The notes under the pieces were generated by a model, which searched no databases, had not been told where the DNA came from, and saw only the letters and a program-made list of their open reading frames with translations. The position numbers and the translations under genes were made by a program. Below are positions 52,705 to 64,000 of a DNA stretch of 64,000 nt, one piece after another. Every line of letters begins with the position of its first letter. Position 1 is the first letter of the stretch. Source of the stretch: Eledone cirrhosa (Eukaryota); the NCBI GenBank assembly GCA_964016885.1, contig OZ024743.1, positions 160,642,001-160,706,000 on the forward strand. Direction: 5' to 3'.

Positions 52705-53838
52705 ATTTCACACTAACACTATCTTCCACATGCTTGTATCTCTCACACAAACACATAATCACACATAGTCACACAAACATACATAAACATTAATCAGCAT
52801 AAATAAATACAGACACTAACACACATGCTTACATAGACACTTATATACACGTATAGACTTGTGATGCAAATCCCGCTGCCTCCTCGTTTTACATCGCTGG
52901 TCGGTGTTTGCAATCATATATGCATCACACCAACCAAACAAGTACTATTTCATTCCTTCATTCCTGTTTTTATCCATGTTTTCTTTCTTACTGTCTGTCT
53001 TTCTTTCTTTCTTTCTTTCATTCATTACTTCTTCCTTTGTTTCATTTGTTCTTTTCTCTATTTCTTTCTTCAATTCTTTTCTTTTCTTTCTTTCATTCTC
53101 TTTCATTATTAACACCACCATTCGTTCATTGTTATTGTCTCCACTTTCAGCATCAAACATTTCCCCCATAACAGCCTTGTTCAATCTGCTTCTGCCGCTG
53201 CAACTACATCGCTACAGTTGGTATTCATTGGAAGCCACAGAAAGTGAGTTTACATTACCAAAATACATCAGAAGTCGTACAATTGTCATACAACGCTTTA
53301 TAATCCGCTTTTCTTGCTGACGTACGAACTCTATCTACCAGCGGCAGTCATTTGACTAAGTCTGTCTTTTTTTGTTTTACTTTTTTATTAATTTAATTAT
53401 ATTTTCGTTTGTTTGTATATTGATATTTTGTCTCACAATCACTAAAATGATTCTGGTCATAAGTATTAACAAGAACATACGCTTATGGTACTCAAATATA
53501 TTTTACTCGATTCTGATACTCAGTTACGATATTTGCAACTGGTACTCGCTTTTGGTACTTCCTTCTGACACAAAATTCAGATTAATCGTTCTAATACAAT
53601 CTTCTGATACACAATTCTACTTGCTCATTTCTGATCTCTAGTTATTGCGTTTGCTACTAATACTTGGATTTGATAGTCAGTTTTGATCAGTTGTTCAGGT
53701 AACTAACTTCTGCTTAGTTCTGATGTTCAGATCTGCCACAGTCTTTTCCTCCATACTAACTTATTTATAATCTCATATTGGAAAGATATGAAGGCTCAGT
53801 AGCTTAGTGGCTTGATGACTAAGCTGTTAGCTCCAAAT

Positions 53839-54040
53839 CGTTTGAAAAGACTTGGTTCGTAACTCGTCACAAAAGTTACTTTGAGCAAGGTATTTAAACT
53901 AGTTACAGATAAGGAATATAACTATTGTCGTCATGGCGGCCAGGATCACATGTAGATGTTGACGTTGTTGATTACCACTAAGTTTGCTCAAAAAAGAGGA
54001 AAGAGAGACAGTGTTTGAGAAAGACAGAGAGAGAGAGAGG

Positions 54041-54126
<86 letters not shown>

Positions 54127-54482
54127 GACTGAAAGAGGTAGTTGTTATGGTTTGATTATAATCAAACGATGTTTATATCAATTACAATATACATAATTAA
54201 ATACAACACCAAATACAAAATAAGTAATATCAGTAATCAGCTTCTGAAAAATTAGTTATTCTGAACTTATACCAAAATTTGTATGGTCGAACATTTCATA
54301 TTTTATAGGTAACAAACAAACATATATATATGGAAAAATAATTATTTATTACTACTGTAACGCTAAGTGTCCGTTCTTTGTTACTTACCACCATAACAAC
54401 TACCTCTTTCAGTCTCTGTCTTTTTCTCTCTCACTCTCTCTCTCTCTCTCTCCCTCTCTCTCGCTCTCTCTCTCTCTTTCAG

Positions 54483-54542
<60 letters not shown>

Positions 54543-54721
54543 AAACACTGTCTCTCTTTCCTCTTTTTTGAGCAAACTTAGTGTTAATCAACAACGTCAA
54601 CATGTACACGTAATCCTGCCCGCCATGACGACAATAGCTATATTCCTTATTTGTAACTTGTTTAAATACCTTGCTCAAAGTAACTTTTGTGACGAGTTAC
54701 GAATCCAAGTCTTTTCAAACG
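53839..54721. repeat. ~320-bp inverted repeat (53839-54151 / 54390-54721) with 238-bp spacer
   Basis: Reverse-complement arms, each including an (AG)n tract. Confidence 0.9.
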
Positions 54722-56154
54722 CTTTTATTATAGCTCTCTTCGTGTGCGGAAAGATTATGACACTAGTCTTCTAATGAACGGTTTATTAACTGTGGAACAT
54801 GGTTTTTATCTATACGCCAAGAGAATAACAGTGTTTTTCACGAATTAATTAAATGAATATGTAAAATAGATAGTACAACTTTGCCGCACCCAAATGAGAA
54901 ACTCTAGCCAGATCGGGGCTTTCTGTAACTCTGATCACTTCTCACTATTGAGCTTGTAGTACTCGATATTGCTATCTAGCAAAATGCCCAAGTGCAGTTC
55001 TAAGGAACGCCTACACCCTGGTAAGGGCTGATGTAATGTCCTTTGTAATGTCCTGTGGTTTTCATTAGTGCTCTGCGAACAGCAGTTTTTGTGTTATTAT
55101 CTTTGCTGTTCATTTCCTTTCAGCTCTTCGGGTACGTATAAGAAGAAAGCACTTAAAAGACTTTTAATTCCATATGCACTACAACCAGGATTTCTCCCGT
55201 ATATCACAACATTTAATGCATTTCACCCCACATCCACTACGGAAAATTGTTCAGGAATTTTGGTTTCCAGAGGTCATTAGGAACCATTCATCCATTGAGA
55301 CCTCACCCACGTTATGGTTTTCCATCACTCTGCTACAAAAGTGACAAAAAGAAATTAGGATCAACATCATTTTGTATGGCTTTCACGATGACTCTCATAC
55401 GTTTGTATCCCATATGCTGAGGAACTAGCCTATGTGCAGACGTGTAACATATTCACTCGGCAAACCTAATCGTCTGTCCTCAGTTTTAAACACGAACAGT
55501 ATGGTTCAATATAATCTGCCTCAGCAGACTGAAGTGAATTCACTCCACGTATCAGCTAGGGTTGCTGCCAATTCGTCTTTGGGGGATACACTGAAAACCC
55601 CTGCAATTTTGGAAAACCACAAATAAGTTACTTTCTTCATTTCCCCTGCTTACATGATGGATTTACAAAAGCAGTCGTTTTTTTCAGCTAAATGCTGGTA
55701 TTTTTCATGTTTTTGATAGCGTTAACAATGGATGCGACTAGATTTTCTCTTTGGTCTGACATTAAAAAAGCCAGAATTATTTTAGTTTGACAAAATGTGA
55801 GTGACGTTGTTATTGTTGATGCTGTTGCTGCTGATGCTGCTACTGTTGTTGTTGATACCAAACGTTTCTCTTGAATCGTTTACATTTGTCTCCATAGAAG
55901 TAAAATGTTTACTATAAATTATTCTTGTTACCTTTCTTTTTTTTCTTTTCGTGTTTAAACAGACGCAAAAGAAAAGAAAACTAGGTTTACGCTCACATTC
56001 ATTAATTTTGTTTGGGTGAGTGATCCACTTTGCCATGTTGTTAATGTGTTTATATAGGAAAATCATAAAAGATATGATTTTGAGACACAAAAAAAGAAAG
56101 AAGATGAAAGTGTGTGATAGAGGGGAGGAAGGAAAATAATAGACACTTCATAAT

Positions 56155-56625
56155 AATTGTTTATACTTTTGGCACAAGGCCAGCATATCCCCAGTACATT
56201 ACTGGTGCTGTATTTTATCGACCCCGTAAGAATGATAGGCAAAGTTAACCTCGGTGGGATTTGAACCCAGAACACAAAGGGCCATAACTCTGTGCTGCAA
56301 AGCATGGTGTCTGACTCTCTACCGATACTGTCAATCCACTGCTCTTAAACCGTAATTCTTATAAGAGAACTTTGCTACAAACTTTCCCACTATTCTTAGG
56401 ATATATCTTAGTAAACCTTATAATAAATAGCTCTATGAAGTATGAATGAATAGCTAAGGTTTTGGAATCATGATCCATATGATATTATAAGTTCGGCCTT
56501 TACGATCTGAGTTCAAATCCCGCCGAGGTTAACTTTGCCTTTCATCCTTACGGGGTCGATAAAATAAAGTACCAGTAATTCACTGGGATGATTGCTGGCC
56601 TTGTGCCAAAAGTAGAAACAATTAT
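56155..56625. mobile_element. Two SINE copies (minus 56155-56340; plus truncated 56495-56625)
   Basis: SINE consensus match. Confidence 0.8.
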
Positions 56626-57100
56626 AAGTTAATATTTTACCATAGTTATGATATTATCTTGTAACAGCAAGTAAATCAATTTGAAGAAAGTGATTAATTA
56701 CACGCATGCATTCGAAATATGAACATCGTCATGTGCTTTGTTATTTACACTCAGCATTGGTTAGAGTATTTTCCTGTTGTCTTTTATGGTAGCAAAACTC
56801 GAATAGAAGAATCTTTATTGTAACTATGTAATATAATTCCTGTTATTCCAGAGAGTGTGTAGTCGTTTAGTGCTTTACGATTCAAAGGTGGCACAGAGAG
56901 TGACCTTGAATGCACTTTAAATATATAATGGAGATAAACAGTGCCGTCAAAATTTAATGTTTCAAACAGAATAACACTGCAATATCAGCAAATATAATTG
57001 CTTCGTGACTAGCAGCTTACTACAAGAATAAAACAGCTATTACTCTACTAATACTACTACTACTACTACTACTGCTACTACAAATAATAATAATTATAAT

Positions 57101-60100
57101 GCTTTCTTTATTAACCACAAGGGTTTACACATTAAGGACAATACAGGACGGTACAAATGGGCATTTCTGCGAGTGAAAAAAAAACCCAGAGGATGAAGAA
57201 AAAAAGAAACAATGAAAGATTACCCAATAGGGGGGGGGGCCTCCGAGGACCATCGTGGAGTAAGACCATTAAAAAAGCCATGGTGACCCTGACCACCAGG
57301 GCAAGTGCCCTCTCCCAATTTTCCACCTTCAGTTTACAGGCACATACTCAGAGTAGGCCCATTCACTCGGGCCATTCTTGCCTCTCTCACCCATCTTTCA
57401 AAAAAATGCTGGGAAGAGAGCACCCCCAACTCTACCCTGATTTTCCTTTTTAAATGAAATTTGAAAAAGTTAATCAGGGCATCACCGAAGAGGTAAGTGC
57501 TCGTCTTCAGCCATTTCAAACTCGTCCACCATATCTCTTTCGCCATGGCCACCAAACAGATAAAAACTACCTGCCCTTCCCGGCTAAAGGAAGATGGCGG
57601 GGCAATCCTCACGATGGACTCAGCTGATAGCCGGATCCGTCCTACACGTGACAGCAGGTATTCGACATAAACCCACAAGTCAGCAATGCTCGCACACTGG
57701 ACGAGTGCGTGCAGGACGGTTTCGTCACCCTGCGCGCATCTCGGACATGCCGGGCTGACGGCATCCCCATACCTGTAGAGTTTATTCCAAACTGGCAAAG
57801 CTCCTCGGTAGCACTGCCAAGCCAGGGATTTCTGGAAGTTGTCCATAGGCCTCGGCCCGAAAGTTCTTCCGAAGAGATTGGTTAGTTGACTTTCGTCGAC
57901 GCCTAGAATTTCCCCAAGTACGTCGTCGCACTTCCCCTCCACTAATCTTCTATAGAACGCCAAGATGGAGTTTCCACCGATCACATTGCCCAACTGGTCA
58001 GGGTATGTGAGCGCCTGAACACATACCAATCTCCAAGCGGTCCCTCTCGGTCTTCGCTTGACCCATGACTGCAGCTCCGTCAAGGAGACGAGCTGGGGAA
58101 AGATTTGTCAAGCAAACGGCGACCACACATGATCACCGTCGAGGAAAAGGTGGAGATGTCGTGCCTGACCGCGTGTCTGCGCATTATCAGCCACGGCATT
58201 CCCAGCCCTCCACGTAGCAGGTGTTGACAGCAGATGGACCGCCTGACCATCGGAGCGCGTCGCTTCCACAAAAAGCGAAAGAGCAAACGCTCCAGCACAG
58301 TCAGGCGAGGCTTAGGACAATGTACGATGGTCAGGTGGTAGTAGATGACGGACGCGATGTACACATTCGCCCCCTCCCCTCGACCTTTCAGGGATAGCTT
58401 CCTCTCTGCCCATTTCTGGGTGACAGAAGCCACCCTGCTCGTCACCTCCTCCCAGCTTTTGTCCGTCTGGAGGTCTGTACCGAGCCAGACCCCTAGCAAT
58501 TTAACCGATCCGTCCGTCCAGCGCCCGACGACGCTGTTGGACGGCATGGACCTGCCTCTCCAGGTGCCGAGCTGCAGGCCCACCGACTTTTCCTGGTTGA
58601 TCATTGCTCCTGTCACCGCTTCGTATTCTCTTAGTATATTGTCGATCGCCTCGATGTGTTTAACGTACGGCACCACTACGGTGACATCGTCTGCATATGC
58701 TTACACGGATCTTCCGCATCCTAGTTTGCCCCCCCTCAACGTCTCCAGTTTGTGCAGTAATGGCTCGAGAGTCAATACGTACAACAGGGACTAGAGGGGA
58801 CATGGTTGGCGAACCAAGCGCATGTTGTTGAACGGTTCCGAAAAGTGACCGTTCACTCTCAGCACAGAGCAGATGTCGCTGTGCATGGCAGCGATCCAGC
58901 TTCTGAAAACGGGCTCAAAGCCAGCCGCCCTCAGGAGTGCCGCCAGATAACGATGGTCGACCCTATCGAAAGCTTAAGACTGATCTAAATTGATTAAGGA
59001 CCCACCTGTGCCAGGTTCCCTAGCTACCATCTCCACATGTATCGCATGAGGTGGAGGTTGTCGTTGATGGATCTGTATGGAATAGCGCATGTCTGCGCCT
59101 CTCCCACCAGACCACCAACGACAAACACCAACCTCTTTGCTAGCACCTTGGGAAAAATCTTGAACTCTGTGTTTAGCAGATTTATGTGCCTGAAATTATC
59201 TATGTTATTCCCCTTGATCGGATCCTTTCTCAGCAGCGCCACCGGTCCTCGGCTCACAGAGCTGAGAATTCTCCCGTTCTGTTGACAGTTGCAGTAAACG
59301 TCCGCCAAGAGGTCTCCGAACAAGTTTGGCATCTGTACGTAAAGTTTATAGGGCAGACCATCCAAACCAGGCGATTTACCCGTTGTGCAGCCAGTCAATG
59401 CCTCCCGTACTTCAGCGGCTGTTATCGGCTATTCGCAACACTCCGCCTCAATGGCCGAGAGTCGCGGTAGTCCGTAGACGTAGGCACTAAAGTCCATCCC
59501 TCGATCAGGCGCGCCGCTCCTCCGAACAGCTGAGCGAAGTGTCGATGAAAAGCTTCACACATTTGCCCGGGATCGAGTAGCATGCGCCCGTCGTGGTCCA
59601 TCAAAGACCGGATCGTGACTTTGTTGCGCCTCCGGTCTCTGTGGGCCTTGCGCGCTGGTAATCACGCGTTTAGCTTCCAGTAGCCGGGTCCCTGTCTATG
59701 AAGCATATCTAAGTCATCCTCACAGATCACGAATTTGTGGTCTGTGTAGTCGACTATTTTGAAATGTGGACAGCCTATGCTAGACCTATCTATTTCCATA
59801 CAAAATACCGTATCTAGATATGATCAGAATGACTCGATGCGGTGTGACCATGTCCACATTGGCACATTCGGGAAATCCAATCGGTACCTGTCAGAGAGTC
59901 CAAAAGGCCTGAGCAGGTTTGCGAGGCTTTTACACCCTACTCTCTTATCCGCTAATCCCACACGGTCCCAGCGTGCATCTAAGATCCCGTTCCAGTCGTC
60001 CACTAACACTAAAGAGTGGGACGTTCCAAGAAAAGTCTCCAGACGCCGGAAGAAATCAGGCCACCCTGTTCCTGTCGGGGCATAGACGGCTACTAGTCTG

Positions 60101-62560
60101 AAAGCTTGCCCGTCTGCTCTGGTCACGTCCAGCACCACCAACTTACCTTCTGTGTACAGGAAGATACCCGTATGGCGAGATCCACCCCACCCCGATCCAG
60201 GACGGCTGGGAGGTGCGTACACGTCGTAGCCGCCGAAGTTCGGTGCGAAGGCTCGTGCCTCGGATATTCAGGCTCGCTGATGGCCACCACATCTATGTTT
60301 AGTGACCTGAGGTCGTTGAGCAGGTGGCCCTGCTACCATGACGACCCCAGGCCACACGCATTTATGCTGCCTATTCTGAGTGAGGCAATGTTGAAATGGA
60401 GTGGGAAAATATGGGAAAGACCACTTACCTCACTTCTCGTAGAGGAAGGATGGTTTTTCCATCCTTCTCACTGCTTGTGGCCTCCTCCGGAAGGATGTCC
60501 TTATAAATCCTCCTGGAGATTGTTTGTCGGAAGTCTCCAATGTCCTTGGGGAATTTTTGTTTTAGTGTCGTGTACGTGTTCTGTGTGATGCGAGTGATTT
60601 GTATGTGTGGAGCTGGTGTGAACTTTGGGGGTGTTGTGTAGTCTCTTTCTGTGATGCTGGTGTTGTGTTGGATGTAGTGTAATAGTTGGGTGTTGTTCAA
60701 ATTTACTGACGTGTAGTGTGTATCGTTTTGGTTGTTTTGTTTTGTTTGCGTTTGTTGTGGGTTTGTTTCTGTTTCGCTTTTTGGTGATTTGTATTGGTGT
60801 TGGTGATGGTGGTGTTGCGCTTAATGATGGTGATGGTGTTGGTGTTTGTGGTGATGAGGCTGGTGATGCTTGTGTGGGTGGTGGCATAGCAGTCTTAATT
60901 TTTATGTTTGTTTATTTGTTTCCCCTTACATTTAGTTTTTGGAGGGCGAAGGAAGAGGATTTTTTTCTTTTTGGCGTACTTTTTCTTTTTTTCATTTTTC
61001 CTGATACAGTTTCCCACTCCTCGTCGTCACAATTTGTCGCCAGTTGTGAAAGGTCGTGGAGTGGAAAATCCTCCACAAGCGTTGGTTTTGGTTGTGGCGT
61101 CGTGGATGGTGGAGGCGCTGGTGCTAATTCTGGCGCGCTGGGTGGTGGTGGTGTTGCTACTGTTGCTGCTACAGTTGTTGCTGCCATTTCTGCTGCTGGT
61201 GGTGTTGATGGTTGAGTAACTGGGGTGGGTAGGAGAGGTGGTCTCAACTTTTTATCCTGAAGGCAGAGAGCCTTTAGGTGGGTTTTTTCGCCACAAACGA
61301 CACACCTAGGCCTTCTACCCTCAACAATTACGGTGAGGTCGCTGCCGTCATTGAGGTCTATCACCTCTGGAATTTCCTCAATTGTTTTTTGGTCCGCTTG
61401 GATCACGAGCTCCATCCCAGATCCGGACCAGTTCTCCGGCTTTACTTATTTTAGTGTTGGCCTCGATGTCGGCGAAGACGGCAGCCATTAGCCAGGGAAA
61501 TTGGATGGCCGGCGGAACGTGGGTCACCCTGATCTTAACGAGTCTCTGACCACAATAGCTTGGGACGAGTGTGAACTCATCACCTCTTAATGGGGCCATG
61601 GAGTGCTCTCTGTCTTTCTCTTGGGTTCCAAAGAACACGTCCACGTCTCCATATTTCTGCCCATGTCTGATGTGGGGTTTTTTCGCCCACACATGTCCCA
61701 AAGTTTTTGTATCTGGGACTTGGATGCCCGTTCCACTCGGCCTGATTTTGTGTTTATCGTTTGATATGATACGGTGCATGGGCGCCGATGCTCCATTCTA
61801 TTGGATGTGTGTGGGGGGGGAGGCTGACCCTGTACACATCTTTTTTTACCATTCGCCTGGCTTCATTCAATTCATCCTGGCTTACCTCGATTGTTTCGCT
61901 TTTTTGGGCTGCTTTGGCAAATTACACGGTGTTATTCTCATTGTTGTTGTTGCTGTTGTTGTTATTGTTATTTCTGTTATTGTTATTTTCAGTTGTGTGG
62001 TGGTGTCAGTGGTATTCGGTGTGGAAGAGTCCATTCTGGGTGAATCCATTTCGATGTCACGAGATAATAATTTATTTTTTGTTTCTGTTGTCGCTGTGGT
62101 GGTGGTGGTGGTGGTATCAGTGGTGTTGGTTGTTCTTTTTGACATTGAGGTGGTTGTGCTGGTGGGGGGGGGGGGGATTTAACACCTGCAGTTATTGGTA
62201 ATGGTGGGAAATCCATGTTTTTAAGCGGCAAATCTAAATAATTGAGACTACTATTAATTATATTTTCAGTGTTGGCAACCGTGGCAAGGTTTACAATGGT
62301 GGTGGTAGGGGATGTTAGTCTGTTAAAAACAGATTTATCGTCCATCTTTTTTTTTCAAAGAAATATTTTGCTTGATAAATAAAAAGTTTAAATTTTCTGC
62401 TCAAGGCCCAAATATTATTGAGTGTCATTTTCAGAAAGCATTATATGTAAACTTATAAACACTTAACAACAAAAATTTTCCATAACTGGCAATTTGAAAC
62501 AACTGAAAACAACAACCCTTTGTAGAGCTCACGATAATACGATTTCCTACGTAGGTCGCC
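57101..62560 (-). mobile_element. Second near full-length Tx1/L1-clade LINE, mutated with deletions
   Basis: Same 5' end (GGCGACCTACGTAGGAAATCG) and same ORF1/ORF2 motifs as 33430-39274. Confidence 0.9.
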
Positions 62561-62617
<57 letters not shown>

Positions 62618-62618
<1 letters not shown>

Positions 62619-64000
62619 TTTTCTTTATTGGCCTCAAGGGCTGACACGAATAAAAACATTAGAGGCGGCACAGAACAGTACAGGACGATACAAAGTGGGT
62701 TTTGGTCGTGTAAACAGGTTATAACAAAATCGGGCTAGAAATCCTAAGGAATTCAAACAACAAAAATTCCCCAAAAGGGGGGAAACCTCCGAGGGCCACT
62801 CGTGGCGAAAACTACACAAAAGACCACGGCCACCATTACCAACAGGGCAAGCGCCCTCTCTCAGGTTTCCCACTCCTCAGTCTACAGGCGCATACACAGA
62901 GCGGGCCGGCTCACCCGGACCAGACTCGCCACTTTCACCCACCTTTCAATAAACTTACTAGAAGACAGCACTTGCCTCTACACCCTGATTTTCTTCTTCA
63001 AGTGAAACTTGAAGAAGTTAATCAGGGATTCCAGCTTCCAAGCGCTATCGCTGATCCAGGACTGCAGCTCCGTCAAGGAGACGAGCTGGGGAAAAACGCG
63101 TCTGGCAAACGGAGCCCACACATGTTCACAGTCAAGGAAGCACCAGAGATGTCGCAGCCTCAGCGCATGCTTGCGCATAATCAGCCACGGCATGCCTAGT
63201 CCTCCACGCAACGGGTGTTGACAGCAATGGATCGTCGGACCATGGGAGCACGTCCCTTCCACAAACTGCGTAACAGAAGGTGTTCCCTCTTGGTCAGAGT
63301 TGGGCGGGGGCAATATACGAAGGTCAGGTGGTAGCAGATGACCGACGCTATGTACGCATTCGCCACCTCCGCCCGACCTTTCAGAGACAGCCTCCTCTCG
63401 GCCCATTTTTGGGTGAGAGAGGCCACCCTGCTCGTCACCTCTCTCCATTTTTTCTCCATCTGGAGTTCCAGATCGAACCAGACCCCTAGCAATTTAACTG
63501 GTCCTTCCGTCCTGTGCCACACGACGCTGTAAGGACGGCATGGACTTGCCTCTCCAGGTGCCGAGTTACAAGCCCACCGACTTTTCCTGATTTATCTTCG
63601 CTCCTGTGACCGCTTCGTATTCCTTGAGAGCGGTGCCAAACATCTGGACGTGTTTGGTGCTCGACACCACCACGGTGTCGTCGTCGGCGTAAGAGGACAC
63701 GGATCTCCCGCATCCCAGTTCGCGATGGACCCCCCTCATCAACTCCAATTTGTGCAGTAACTGCTCTAGAGCCAGTACGTACAAGAGTGACGAGAGGAGG
63801 CAACCCTGGCGGACCGAGCGCATGATGCTGAAAGGCTGCGACAGGGGACCATTCACCGTCACAATGGAGCAGATTTCGCTGTGCATCGCAGCGATCCAGC
63901 CCCTAAAAACGGGACCGAAGCCGGTCGCCTTGTTGATCGCAGCCAGGTACCGATGGTCCACCCTATCAAATGCTTTAGATTGATTCAAGTTGATCAGAGT
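62618..64000 (-). mobile_element. Third Tx1 copy (sister subfamily), 3' portion, runs off the window
   Basis: SKAFDRV, RQGC, YADD; 3' UTR like 39545-39841. Confidence 0.85.

Noticed and set aside
51913-52716. 267-aa ORF (and 24620-25279) as a host gene
   Set aside because: Low-complexity, SSR-derived, no recognisable domain or splice support.

Overview
Repeat-dominated eukaryotic DNA, most likely from a cephalopod (Octopus-like). This is inferred from the tRNA-SINE family, the LINE mix and the very high microsatellite density. I found no convincing host gene exon. Contents: an apparently young Penelope-like element (PLE; RT + GIY-YIG, open ORF, 1.6 kb inverted 3' copy); Tx1/L1-clade LINEs in (ATT)n; R4/Dong-type LINEs in (TACA)n and (TAA)n; RTE LINEs, two with 5' inversions; a non-autonomous Helitron; a mariner relic; and about 20 copies of one tRNA-derived SINE. 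The main hidden signal is about 14 minimal type-I hammerhead ribozyme (HHR) motifs, read by eye on both strands, of which about 9 have a complete core. They belong to several unrelated short repeat families, mostly flanked by (TA)n and often in inverted or 1.5-mer tandem arrangements like the PLE. This suggests an autonomous PLE plus a set of non-autonomous HHR 'retrozyme'-like elements. All calls are by eye and boundaries are approximate unless stated.
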